A DNA stretch of 31,526 bases from Bugula neritina (Eukaryota > Animalia > Bryozoa): the NCBI GenBank assembly GCA_964035545.1, contig CAXIUT010000086.1:1-31526 (forward strand), given 5' to 3'. Shown here piece by piece: positions 10,793 to 23,997 of the stretch. The notes beneath the pieces are model-generated. The model was not told the origin of the DNA, did not search any database, and saw nothing but the letters and a program-made list of their open reading frames with translations. How positions within the stretch are numbered: position 1 is the first letter of the stretch; every line of letters starts with the position of its first letter. The position numbers were made by a program, and so were the translations under genes.

Positions 10793-13700
10793 TCAGCATT
10801 CTTTTAAATTTTTCTTTTATTGTTTTCTTAATTTAGTTCTGATACTTTCACCAGGTTAATTGACAGCTTTTTAACTGGATTCTGCTTTATCTAGACTGGG
10901 ATGGTAGACTTTCTTTTTGTTTAATGATTTCTTTGCTGATCTGTTGCCTTTTGCTTTTACACTGCCTTTAATCTTAGTAGCATTGGTATTGGTTGAATTG
11001 TCTTACTCTTGTTCTGGATGGTTAGCAATTGTCAATGATACTTGTTCTACTCCTTCTAGGATGATATCCATGAACATTTAGATGTCTTTTTCTATGATGT
11101 TAATTTTTTAAAGGAATGTAATATCTTATTAGTATGATGTTTGTTTGATGATTTCTTCAAGTTTTAAATAAGGATTATTAATATGATCGAAATTACTATT
11201 ATATGTTTTGATTTGCTGGGCAGACTATTTGTATTGAGAGAAATATGCCAAAGCACTGATCATTTATCGATAAGCCAAAACGATATTAGTTTATTTTGCT
11301 TGCATAGTGATATCTTTATTACTTTTTAATTTAATTATCAAATTTTCAATAAAAATTTGGTTACTGGTAGTAAGTTTATGCAAGCAGAAAACGATTTAGC
11401 TGAGTTCTATGTAATCTAGTACTTTTTGGCATTTTATAAGTTTTAACATAAAAGTAAAAGTTAAAGGTTTTTATCTAAGCATATCGTTATTGATAAGATC
11501 TCCTACTTTTTTGACTAAGGTGCTTTTGATTTTGATTTATTTTTTTTATTTTACCAAGTAGATGTTAGATTTCTTATGCGTTATTTGTGAAAACAAAGAT
11601 AGACATTATTTTTGTTTTTAATTAAAATTAAACATACAAAAAGGAGTGGTATCTTTAAGATTAAATACAAGTTAGCATAATTCTATTGATTAGCATAAAT
11701 TGATAAACAGCACTTTATCTTAAGTTTACTTGGTGTATATTTAAGTGAGCATTTTAGTGGTTATTTGATTGACTTTATCTGAAGGATGTATGAATCCAAA
11801 ATATAGATATTTTGTAAAACTATATAATCCTTACATCCCACACTTTAGTAGATTGTATAATATTTAATAAAAAATTTAGACAAATTATTAATCTTATTGC
11901 ACTTATTGGTATCTTATTAAATTATGAAATCTTTTTGAAAATTGCTATCTAATAAAACTGAGTAGTTGTATGCTGGTTGATGGCAACAGTGATGCGAAAA
12001 GGTTGTACATTGATTTCAGCAAAATAAAACTTTCAGTTTATTGATCGTTTAAACGGTTGAGTATTGATATTAGTCTGGAATCGATGAATATGATTTTCGG
12101 GTTGGTTTTCCAGAAGTATCTGAGGAGTAGTAAAAATTTTTTATAGAAGTTTACGAGTTGTTGATTTTATTTTATCACTTAGTCTGATAGTTATAAAGTA
12201 GATATGACAATATTGTAGATTCTAACGAACATGGATGTCGTTTATAATGTTATTTATGAAGAATATGTTTTTTATTTTAGTTTTTTGTTGTTATTTTATG
12301 TCATTTTCTAGAGATGATGATAGAATGCTTGGACTTTTTGTTGATCTATGTGGTATTTTTATATTTGTGTTACTAGTATGACTGTGATATAGAGACATCT
12401 GTTGAGTGTGAGGTAGCTGATCGTAAGTTATTAATTATATTTTTTATTTTTTTGATATTTTTGTTTGTTCTAGACATATTTATTGAAAAATAGACGACTG
12501 AATCGTTCGTAGTTGGCAAGTATGTTGAGTTCTAGTTCTTATAGTTGGTCTAGAAAGAGATGGATATTGACTAGTAGACAAATTTCAAGTTACAAATACT
12601 CGATGGATGATGATTTGATAGATTATCTTAATAAAGAGGACAAGTTGTGGAGTTATTATTATATTTTCGAGTTGAGGATGATGGGTTATATGATTTGATT
12701 GGTAGATTTTCTTTTGCTTTTGAGCCATATTTGTTTATAGTTGACTAGATCTTTACTAGTTGTTATTAGTTTGTTAGTATTGCTGCAGATCAGTAGAGTA
12801 TTTAAGAGGTCTAATTTGACATAATTAGGTAGTTATTTATCTGTTTATTTAGATGTACAGATTAGAAGTTATAAGAATCGAGAGGAATTGATGAATACGT
12901 TGAGTTGTTGTATATTTTTTAGTGATTTATTGGTTTTTGATTGATATTTTTTTTGTTGGCATATTTATTATTTAAAGTTGATAATATCTGCATAGACAAA
13001 TTAAATCACTACTGTTAGATTATAATTGATAACTTCCATAGTCTATTTACTACAATTTTATTTAGAAGTAATTTCAATCATCTGTCTAACTATCTACTTA
13101 CCAACTTCATTGATTTTACTAATCATATTTTGATTGATTTTGATTTAAGTCAAAATTGCTAGTATCAATTTTTATTAAACTTAATCTAATGAATGTATTT
13201 CGATTTGATTCCATGTGTAGGTTTGAAGATGTTTTTATATTTAATCTAACAAAATAGATTTGATTTCTGATGACTAACTTTGACATAGTTAGTCGAGTGA
13301 AGATAAAACTGTTTGTAGCAATTTCGATATATTATCATGGATTAGTATTTTTGATGTATTTTATGGATGATATTAGTATTTTTTGACAATGTTAGTTATA
13401 AATATTAAACTATGCAAGTAGCAACTTCCAAGAAGACTATACTTGTCTTTTGATTATTACTTTTAGTTGATAAATTTCATATTATAGACTAGTTTATCAA
13501 GAATATCGATAGAATTACTGACCATATCCATATTTTACATATCTATAATAGATCGACAGATATATTGATAGAGATCTTGTCTTTATGATATTTTATGTTT
13601 ATTTTTGAAGAAGATGTCTGATAAAAATTATAGACTTATTGAACTGACATTGTGATTGCTGTCTCTGAGTCGATATTGCAATCCTTTGATTATTTTATTT

Positions 13701-15355
13701 TTGTAGTTGCTTATTTAATATTTTTATTGGTTTTGCAACAATCCGTAAGAATCGAATAAAAAGTTAGTTATTGATGATTTGCTTATCAGTTTTATACTTC
13801 TCTATCTGATTTTATCGTCTTTTGCGTTCCAGAATATAAGAGTTATTTGAATGAGATTGGTTATTATCTATTTTATTGATAACTGTGCATGTGAAAAGAT
13901 AAAAGTGTTGTAGAGTTGATCTATTATCTATGCTGATATAGTCTATTAGATGTTGTTCATGGCGATGTTGCTATTGATATTGAACTATTATTCATATTTT
14001 TTTGTTTTATCTTGTTTTTTTGGTTATATTGAATGATAGATTAGCATTGCTTTTAGGGCTTATTTTATTTTAGGAATGCGGCAGTGGTGGGATTCGTTCC
14101 AGTATTTGCTTAGAATTAGAGGAGAGAATATCATGAGGTTTAGTTTGTCATTTGGTTGGGAATTTACGCTTTTGCAGCAGTTTTAGCAAATGGTGATAAC
14201 TGTGTTATGATTTTATGATATTTTAATAGATATTTTTTGATAAATTAGTCTTTATAAGGTGTTTCCTTTTTTTTATCCACAGTAACTGCAAATTCCATTG
14301 AAACTGACTTGTATTTTAGCAGATGTATACTATATAATTTTATTAGCATTCTTTTAGCAAAGTTAAAGCATAGCAGTAATATTTTAAAGCGAGAAGACTT
14401 ATTTATTTGATATTTTATGTTGTTATTTATCTTGACTAAGTGAATAATATATTTTGAATCTTTACTATATGAGCAAGCTGACGTGTTTTAGAAAGAAAGG
14501 GATGATAGGTAGTTATAATTAGCCTATATTTTGAACTAGACATTTGACTAGATCTTTGAAGAGGTTGAGTTAATCATATTAATCTAGAATTATTTTATTG
14601 ATTATTTATTTGATGTATCTATTGATATATTTATCATAGACTTGTTTGAGTGTCATCTATCCTTTCTATCTTAGTTATTTATTTCTTATCTATTTTAGCT
14701 ATTATAAATTCTTTTGGATTATTCTTAACACCAAAAACCAAATAACATCGATTTTATTTCCACTCAACAAAGTACATTCTATAGTTATTTTATCTCTATT
14801 AGTTTTTTTATTAGCTTTCTTTGTTTTCAGTTAACTAGTATTTAAATGAAAATCATAGTAGTGTCCAATAATTTAACTGATGAAGTTACAGGTGCTGGGT
14901 ATGGTTATTTTATTTGGAGTTATTTTTGATAAGATGAGTTATGTTAGATTCTGTATGACTGTTAGTTATATTTGTTGGACTGCTTTTTGGTATGATGACT
15001 AACTGAGTCTTTTTGATCTGGTTTACATGTTGTATTGGTTGGTTATGTTGTTTATCTTTTTTATTATTTGAAGTGACTAGATTAAGCATCCATTTTTATC
15101 TTATTACTCTAAATAGCATTGATTTTATATTAAAGAAATGTAGGTGTTTATTTTTTTTATCCTCTAGATCCTCTATTGTTTTAGTTTTGATATTTCTGTG
15201 CCTGGCTGATGGGTATCAATAGGTGATTAGAATGTTTGGATGTATTTGTCTGTCAGACCGAAAAGGAGAGTGAAGTATTGGATTCCTTTTAGGTTTTTTG
15301 GAGGTTATTGTTGTTCGTAAAAGACGGGTTTGGAATTTGATTTTGCTTGCCGCAT
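10793..15355 (-). CDS. Large alpha-helical HEAT-repeat protein (~1520 aa), possibly the cohesin loader Scc2/NIPBL (a condensin HEAT subunit is not excluded)
   Basis: About 1520 codons with no TGA found in frame, so the ORF itself is secure. DDKIRERSIKLIS...IKGLQYRLRDSNHNVSSISLEFLS...YQYICRSIID resembles the recalled NIPBL HEAT block (VRTKAMKCLS...RGVHGRLMDNSTSVREAAVELLG...YYDMLIERILD). The identity is tentative. Confidence 0.6.
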
Positions 15356-16027
15356 TTATATAGGCAACTATTTGAATTATTATTTTAAGAGGGCTCAAAT
15401 TAGCAAGAAATGCATATTTAATATTTGAATAATATCAATAAACATAAATATATTCATTCAATACAACATGATATATTAAATAGATAAGTAAATGATGGAA
15501 GATAGTAGAGATAGTTGGTTAATAATATATTAAAGGTCAGAAGGCGTAACAGGAGGCAAGTGATACTAAGAAGTAAAGGCCTACTCATCAAAATAATAAA
15601 ACCTTAGAAGGATCAAATTATGACTTCCACACTTTAATAAATATAAACCTTTTTATCAATTCTTATGGGATTTAGTCTCAACAATCGATCCCATAATTAT
15701 TTAATAGGCTTGAACTCGATGTCCAAACTCATCTTTTCGGTTGATTCCATCACAAAACAATATCTTCAGCCATGATTCATGATAATCTGTGACTAGTTCT
15801 TAGTCTTTATTGATTTTTTACTAACCCATAGAATACTCACTATTTACTTTGTTCATAAATTATCTCTAAAGCACCTGATAATCTAGTTTAAAAGAAGAGA
15901 AAGCACTTGAAAGTGATAGATTTCTTCCTATTTGAGTGGTAGTGGATGATAGAGTGATAATGTTGGTGTGAAGAGGAGGTGTTGATAGTATGAATAGATA
16001 GAGATATTGAATTAAATGGGTGTACAA

Positions 16028-16234
16028 TCATCTAAGTCTTCTGGCTTATCTTTCGCTTTCCATGAGTTCGAGGACATCACCGATTTTGACTGGGCCTTTA
16101 ACATTTCTGATAAGATGACGTTTATCTGCTTCTTTTCCTGAGATGAGGATCACTTTCACTTGGGTAATACCTCCTCTTGATCCGGTTCTGCCTAATAGTT
16201 GAGTCACTCTTGCCTTAACTGGTTCTGAATCCAT
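16028..16234 (-). CDS. RPS28: 40S ribosomal protein S28 (eS28), 68 aa
   Basis: [16 protein letters not shown]...[22 protein letters not shown][TAA]ARRLR-TGA; the conserved end is ESEREARRLR. Confidence 0.98.
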
Positions 16235-16286
16235 GTGGTGATTACTATAATATCAATTAATATTATTTCTATTTTTTATCTTTTAT

Positions 16287-16334
16287 TCAATTATCATTTC
16301 TAAACCAAATCAATTATCATTTCTAAACCAAATC
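16287..16334. repeat. Perfect 23-nt tandem duplication (TCAATTATCATTTCTAAACCAAA x2) spanning a stop codon
   Basis: Copies at 16287-16309 and 16310-16332, read directly from the sequence. Confidence 0.95.
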
Positions 16335-16760
16335 TATCTCTCCATTTAACTCTAGTATATCTCCTGTCAATTCAAATCTTTCTAGCCTGGCCTTATTTAC
16401 TTCAAATGCTTTCCTTTTTGCTTCTACTATTTGTACTTTTATAGAGTTATGAATGTATAAAGTAGGAGCCAAAAGAAGAACCATATTGATTCCTATTTTA
16501 CCAATAAAGGGCATAAATCCTGATCCAAATTTGATGTATTTATTGAAAGGAATTAAAAATGCTAAAGAAAATGCAAAGGTTGTGAATATTTTAGATTTGT
16601 ATTTGCCTGATAGTTATTGTAATTTTTATAGACTATGTTTATCTATGAGTATTTTTTATAGTTGTGAATATTTATTGAGAATATAATTGAATCTTTACTG
16701 TGTGGGATGTGAATGCATCAATTCTGTATATTATCTTACTTGAAAATCATTTGCTAACAT
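16317..16760 (-). CDS. Small predicted two-TM membrane protein, 147 aa; paralog of 10261-10659
   Basis: MLANDFQVREYTELMHSHP...KYKSKIFTTFAFSLAFLIPFNKYIKF...MPFIGKIGINMVLLLAPTLYIHNSIK...FELTGDILELNGEIDLVEK, ending at TGA 16317-16319. Confidence 0.8.
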
Positions 16761-16872
16761 CTTGTTATCTTTTATTAATTATCAAATATTATCAAAAATA
16801 TCGATATTATCACAATTAATCAGATTTATTTAATTTATAAATGAAGATTGATATTTTCTTTTATTATAGTAA

Positions 16873-17844
16873 ATGGCAACAAATGGAAGAAAACCATTCG
16901 AGTTGGAAATGAGAAGGAATTATTATGTGAATCATGTCAAAAGGTTACAAGAACTCAGTGGACCGAATAATCCTATGAGAAAAACTCTGCTTAAAGAAAA
17001 ACAAGAGACAGATGCTTTGATTAAAAAATCACATTAGTTTCATAAGAAAAGTTTAAAAGAATAGCTAGATAAAAGATAAAGAACAGAAAGAACTTCTAGA
17101 AATCATTATGATACAATTAAATCAACTTTAAAATAGTAGCTAAGTAGAAAATTATTGACAATTCCTTAGCGACATAAACCTGATACATTCTTTAGAGATC
17201 AGGATAACTTAAAACTGATTGATAGGATAATGAATACCAAGTCATAATTTAATTTTAGAAGTGAGTCTTTGACTCATTTAAGAAAGAAGAAGGAAAATAC
17301 AACTATAGAAGACTATTCATAGCTATATTAAGAACTAAATAGTAAAGGTGAGGATAAGACTAAAGTAGTGTTTAGATTTGATAAAACTAGAAATAATGTA
17401 AAGCTATAGCTAAAGTTTTTAAATGTTTAAAATGTATTCAAAGAGAAAAATTATAGATATTTTAAGACTGTGCTCTAAAATGAAGATAGTGTAAAATCTT
17501 CAACAGTTTGTTCTTTGAAATTGCTTCTATCTTCTTAAATTATAGTTGAAATTCCACCTAAAAATACTAAATTATCTTTTGTTTAAAAAGTAGGAGATAA
17601 AGATATTCTGAGATTCAAAATATAGTTTAAAGAAGAATATCTCAATGAAAAGAAGAGCATTAGAAAGATTGTTGCTGTTGAGGATACTAGAAATAAGTCT
17701 ATTGGGTTGGTTGAGGTCAAATTCAAAAAGAAGAAAAAAAGAAGATTAGCAAAAATTAACTAAAATGGAGAAAGTAGAATCCAATAATATTAAAGTATGA
17801 ATATTTCTAGAACTAATGATTATAGTGAATTATCAGTCCGATGA
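16873..17844 (+). CDS. Hypothetical basic protein, 323 aa; N-terminal half weakly Hemingway/CFAP97-like
   Basis: Open frame from ATG 16873 to TGA 17842-17844. DQDNLKLIDRIMNTKS resembles the ExENxxLLxRL motif of CFAP97-like proteins (weak). Confidence 0.7.
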
Positions 17845-18140
17845 TTTTACATATACTATCTATCCAAAAATAACATCAATAAATATTAATATTTATCAAT
17901 ACAAGAGCAACGGCTTTGTTATCTATGGTTATAGATTTTATTCTGAAATAGTTTATTTTGATGATTATACATTGATCTTGATCTCGATCTCGAGAGTAAA
18001 CAGCTATTTTCAGACAATTTTTGATTTACTAGTCAATTTGCAAACTAACTTTGTAGGTTTTTGATATTTTTTTATTATTTTAGAAGAGGAGATGATGATG
18101 TGTTCGTGCTGATTGATATAATAAGACTAGCTATAAAATT

Positions 18141-18149
18141 CACACGTGA
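18141..18149. promoter_or_regulatory. Candidate E-box/bZIP-type element CACACGTGA upstream of BiP
   Basis: 56-64 nt upstream of the BiP ATG; the same 9-mer occurs inverted at 26753-26761. Confidence 0.3.
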
Positions 18150-18204
18150 AATATTCTATAAATTAATCATTTAAACATCATACGTATAAATATTTAAATC
18201 ATAA

Positions 18205-20154
<1,950 letters not shown>

Positions 20155-20250
20155 TTTTGTATCACAATTATCAAATTTACTCTTTTCTTATCACAAAATA
20201 ATTCTACTTAATGGTCTTTTCATCAATTAATAATAAAAATATAATTATAA

Positions 20251-22113
20251 ATGCATAATGACAAGACTAATTCAGTTCAATAGGTCTTGATCGAATAATA
20301 TAAAAATGCTATTTATTTGAGTATTCCTCTAAAAAATGTATAAAAATAATCTCAGACAAAGCAATAGACTTTAAAAAATATAAACTATCTTTCCCCTCGA
20401 GATTTATAATTTAAATCAGGCAATTTTAAATAAAATAATAACTATAATATTAGAGATGGATATGATTTTGGGTTAACTATTGACGATGATGGCAATGTAT
20501 TATTTGCTAGATGGAAAAATGGTAAGATAAAAGGTTAATATTTTTTATTTAAAAGTCATTTTATTGGAGATATGAGGATGAGTAACTAATATTAAGGGAT
20601 TTGTCAATATGGTTTAATGAATAATAATTGTTTATAAGGTGATAATTATCTCTATAATTTGCATGGGACACTTGTAAAGTCAACTTTTAAGGATAATATT
20701 ATACAAGAAAAATCATATTTTTGCTAAAAGAATAGTTATCAAACTAAAAATTAATAAAATATTCAATGTTAAGTTATTACTAATACTTATAGTCAAAATG
20801 AAGGGAAAGGAAATAGTATTAAAAAATTTAGAATTCCTCATTTTTAAGCTATTAAAGGAAACAGAGGAGAATCTAAGGTGATGGAATCAGTTGAAAGGTA
20901 ATTGATGAAAACACCTTTATAATTTTTAAAACAAATGTTTAATGAAATTAAAGAAAACAAAAGAATATAAAAGTAAAGATATTTCGATCATATTTTCAAT
21001 GAAAAAGAGGATTTTTTTGGAGTATTATAAAATACATCCAATATTGAAACATAGAGACCTTATAGTCCTCGATCTCTAATTAAAAAATAAAAAAGTTTAA
21101 GTGGATATGGAATCATTTTTCGTGATGGATGGCCATAAAGATATGGACATTTTTTGGATGGAAAACTTGATGGTTTGGGTCGAAAGTACTAGCTTCAAAT
21201 GAATTTTTACGACGGTTATTTTCTAAATGATTAACTACTTGAAGGATTTAAATTTGACTATTTCAATAAAAAATTATACAACGGCTATAGTTCAATTTTA
21301 TCAAAAGAAAAATCAACAAAAAAAGAGTTCATAATAACAAAGGAATTATAAATCGATCAACAGCACTATATAGGTGAATATAAGAAGGCATTTCACTTGA
21401 AATCACTTCATTTTACTAATAATTACTTTATTGGATCAGATTTGTTGAGACATTCTCCTTGGCCTTTCGGTGTTGTTGAGATATTAGAACATAGAAGTCC
21501 GATGAAGAAGTTGATTAAAAGACTGAGTCCTGATATGGATATTTCTTCTATTGATGGTAAGCAGGAAATTTCTGAGAATAAGGTCGAGAAGTTGTTGATT
21601 TAGCATTTAGGAGTAGAGGGGAAAGATAGGAGGTAATCTGGGAAAAGTAAAAGAATTAAATAAGGAATTTAGGAGTATTTTAAAGTTAATTAGATGAACT
21701 AATATAACAAACTTCAAAAACAAATCGAAATAGAAAAGAATAAAGATGGTTCTAGAAAAGTGAAAGAACAAAATAAAATAAAAACAAATATCAAATACTT
21801 ATAATAACCTCAACAAAAGACTTTATCAAAGCAAAATACCTAAAGATATCACTAACATAAAAAATAAAAAAAAGCTTACAAAGTAAGTGAATATGAAAGC
21901 ACTCATCCTCGAGTTCAAAAAGATTTGAGTTAATTAATTGATGAGTACAATGATTACGAGACAGAGAAGCAGTATATTTTGACTGAAAGACAGGGAACTC
22001 AACGAAAATAGAATCGGTTTAATCGGGATAAGAATGACAGACAAAAGACCAATCGAAGTATAAGTCCTTCCCTTCATGAAATATACAAAAAATATTTGAA
22101 AGTTAAGTATTGA
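20251..22113 (+). CDS. MORN-repeat-like protein, ~620 aa
   Basis: Open frame to TGA 22111-22113, with Gly/aromatic MORN-like segments (FARWKNGKIKGEY; GYGIIF...YGHFLDGKLDGLGRKY...YDGYFLND). Confidence 0.72.
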
Positions 22114-22170
22114 AAAATATCATATATGATTACTATATTTATATTATGAGATAATTCTTATTTAACAGTG

Positions 22171-23122
22171 ATGAAAGAAAGCAGAATTGGATAAAACCCT
22201 ATCAAATGCACTATTTGTATATAATAGTACAATCGTAATAGAAGGCAACCTGTTGTAATTTGTTATAATCATCATACTATATGCAGAAAGTGTTTGGATG
22301 GTTTGAGGGGTAATCTTTTATGTCCTTTTTGTAGATAAAGGATCTAGTTGGATAAGGTAGCATCTAATGATAATATTTTAGCTTTTATTCCTCAATAAAT
22401 AGTACCAAATGTGAGGATAAACTATTTCAATCAGAACAATCTCAATAATATCAATAATTTTGAACAAAATATTTAAAATAATCATCATATTGATGAGGAG
22501 TTACCAATATTTAGAGATTATGCTGAAATTCCAGACTAAAGAATTTTCAGACATGTTGCTAATCAAGGCTATAGAATTGAATAGCCAAATCTATTTTAAG
22601 AAGTTCAAAGAATGTAGATACCTAATCGACATGTTGTTAACTAAAGATTTAATCATAGAAGAAGATTTAATAGACAAATTTAATATAACTAGTCTAACAC
22701 ATAATGTAAAAAGATAATAGCTTTCTTCATTATAATTTTTGTTCAATGTATTATAGCATTTTTAAACATTTATTTTGGAAGTTCTCCTTATAATTGTCCT
22801 GATTTTACCTAATAAATGGTGCTTAATCCGACTGGACATTGGCTAACTGCTATTGGAAGTCTTGAAACTATTCTTATTTTTATGCAGTTTATACTCTTTG
22901 CTTTAATTAAAGATATTACTGTTTCTCGAGATGGACCTTCAAGTTGCTTGGATTTGGTGTTCGGATTTCACTATTTTAAAACTTTTGTTTGGCTTTTCGT
23001 AGAAATATGTTTATTTAGTGATACTATTTCTCATTGCTAAGGAGGTTTTTATAGCTATGGAATTGTTTTTTATCAATATATTTTATTTAATTTTTCCTTG
23101 TTTGATAAAACTTTTATCTTGA
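22171..23122 (+). CDS. RING-HC finger protein with C-terminal transmembrane segments (putative membrane E3 ligase); 3' end uncertain (23122 after a +1 shift, or 23283 as read)
   Basis: CTIC...ICYNHHTICRKC...CPFCR at the N-terminus; several hydrophobic segments after 22730. Confidence 0.78.
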
Positions 23123-23160
23123 TTTATATATTAAATAATATTGTATTAAGTAATTCGATA

Positions 23161-23610
23161 TCATTCTAAACTTTTTTAAACCACTTGCTTTACTCTTCTT
23201 TCATATTCGTTCTTGTTTCCATTATAGATAGAAGCTGCCTCGCTATTAGCAGGGGAGTTAGGATTGGGATCTCCTAGTAATGATCGAATTGATGTCAAAA
23301 CGGCCCAAACATCATAAATAGGACTCCATTGATTTTGAAGAATATCTAGGCAGATTCTGCCGTCAGCATAAACATTGGGATGGAACATTTTGGTTAGAAA
23401 CTTAACTTTAGGAGGTTTGGTAGGATATTAATCAGTAAACTAGAGATTAAGTTAGAATAATCCTCCTTCCCATAAGGTTCTTTCTGGTCCCTAGATGAAG
23501 GCTGTCCACAGATAAAGGTTGTTTTATTCAGGAGAGGCATTTATTCCATTCTCTTCTTCTTGGCTCAACTTTTGAAGGTCTTTTACTAATCTCTTTTATG
23601 CTGCTTTCAT
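23161..23610 (-). CDS. UBC2: Ubiquitin-conjugating enzyme E2, RAD6/UBC2 type, 149 aa
   Basis: [10 protein letters not shown]...[40 protein letters not shown]...[13 protein letters not shown]...[18 protein letters not shown]. Confidence 0.95.
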
Positions 23611-23657
23611 TTATCAGAAACTATTATAAAAAGTACACTTGTAGTTTGGAGTCATAA

Positions 23658-23981
23658 ATGCTAATTCTGTTATATTCTGACCCGAAAATCTCTCATAAAT
23701 ATTATCTAATACAACACATAAAATAACTTAAATCAACCTACTCAAGCTAGCCAAAGCTGTAAGGGAATAACGAACCAAAGGAAAATCAAAGTATAGAATC
23801 GAATGAAGTTAATCAAAGTATAACATTGAATGAAGCTAATCAAAGTATAACATCGAATGAGGCCAATAGAAATATAACATCAAATGAAGTCAATCAGAAT
23901 AGTTTATTGAAAGTAGTTAATTGGATATAAAAACATGATATCGATATAAATAGGAGGATATTAGATAATTAATTGATTTGA
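23658..23981 (+). CDS. Orphan small protein, 107 aa, with 9-aa repeats (NQSITSNEA-like)
   Basis: ATG 23658 to TGA 23979-23981 fills the gap between UBC2 and RTF1. The repeat unit is a multiple of 3. No recognisable homology. Confidence 0.5.
23784..23900 (+). repeat. 27-nt minisatellite, ~4.3 degenerate copies (AATCAAAGTATAACATCGAATGAAGCT consensus)
   Basis: Units start at 23784, 23811, 23838 and 23865, with a partial unit at 23892. Confidence 0.92.
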
Positions 23982-23997
23982 ATATTAAGATATATAA

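Noticed and set aside
23784-23900. CRISPR-like array
   Set aside because: The units are contiguous degenerate 27-mers with no unique spacers, there are no cas genes, and the context is eukaryotic.
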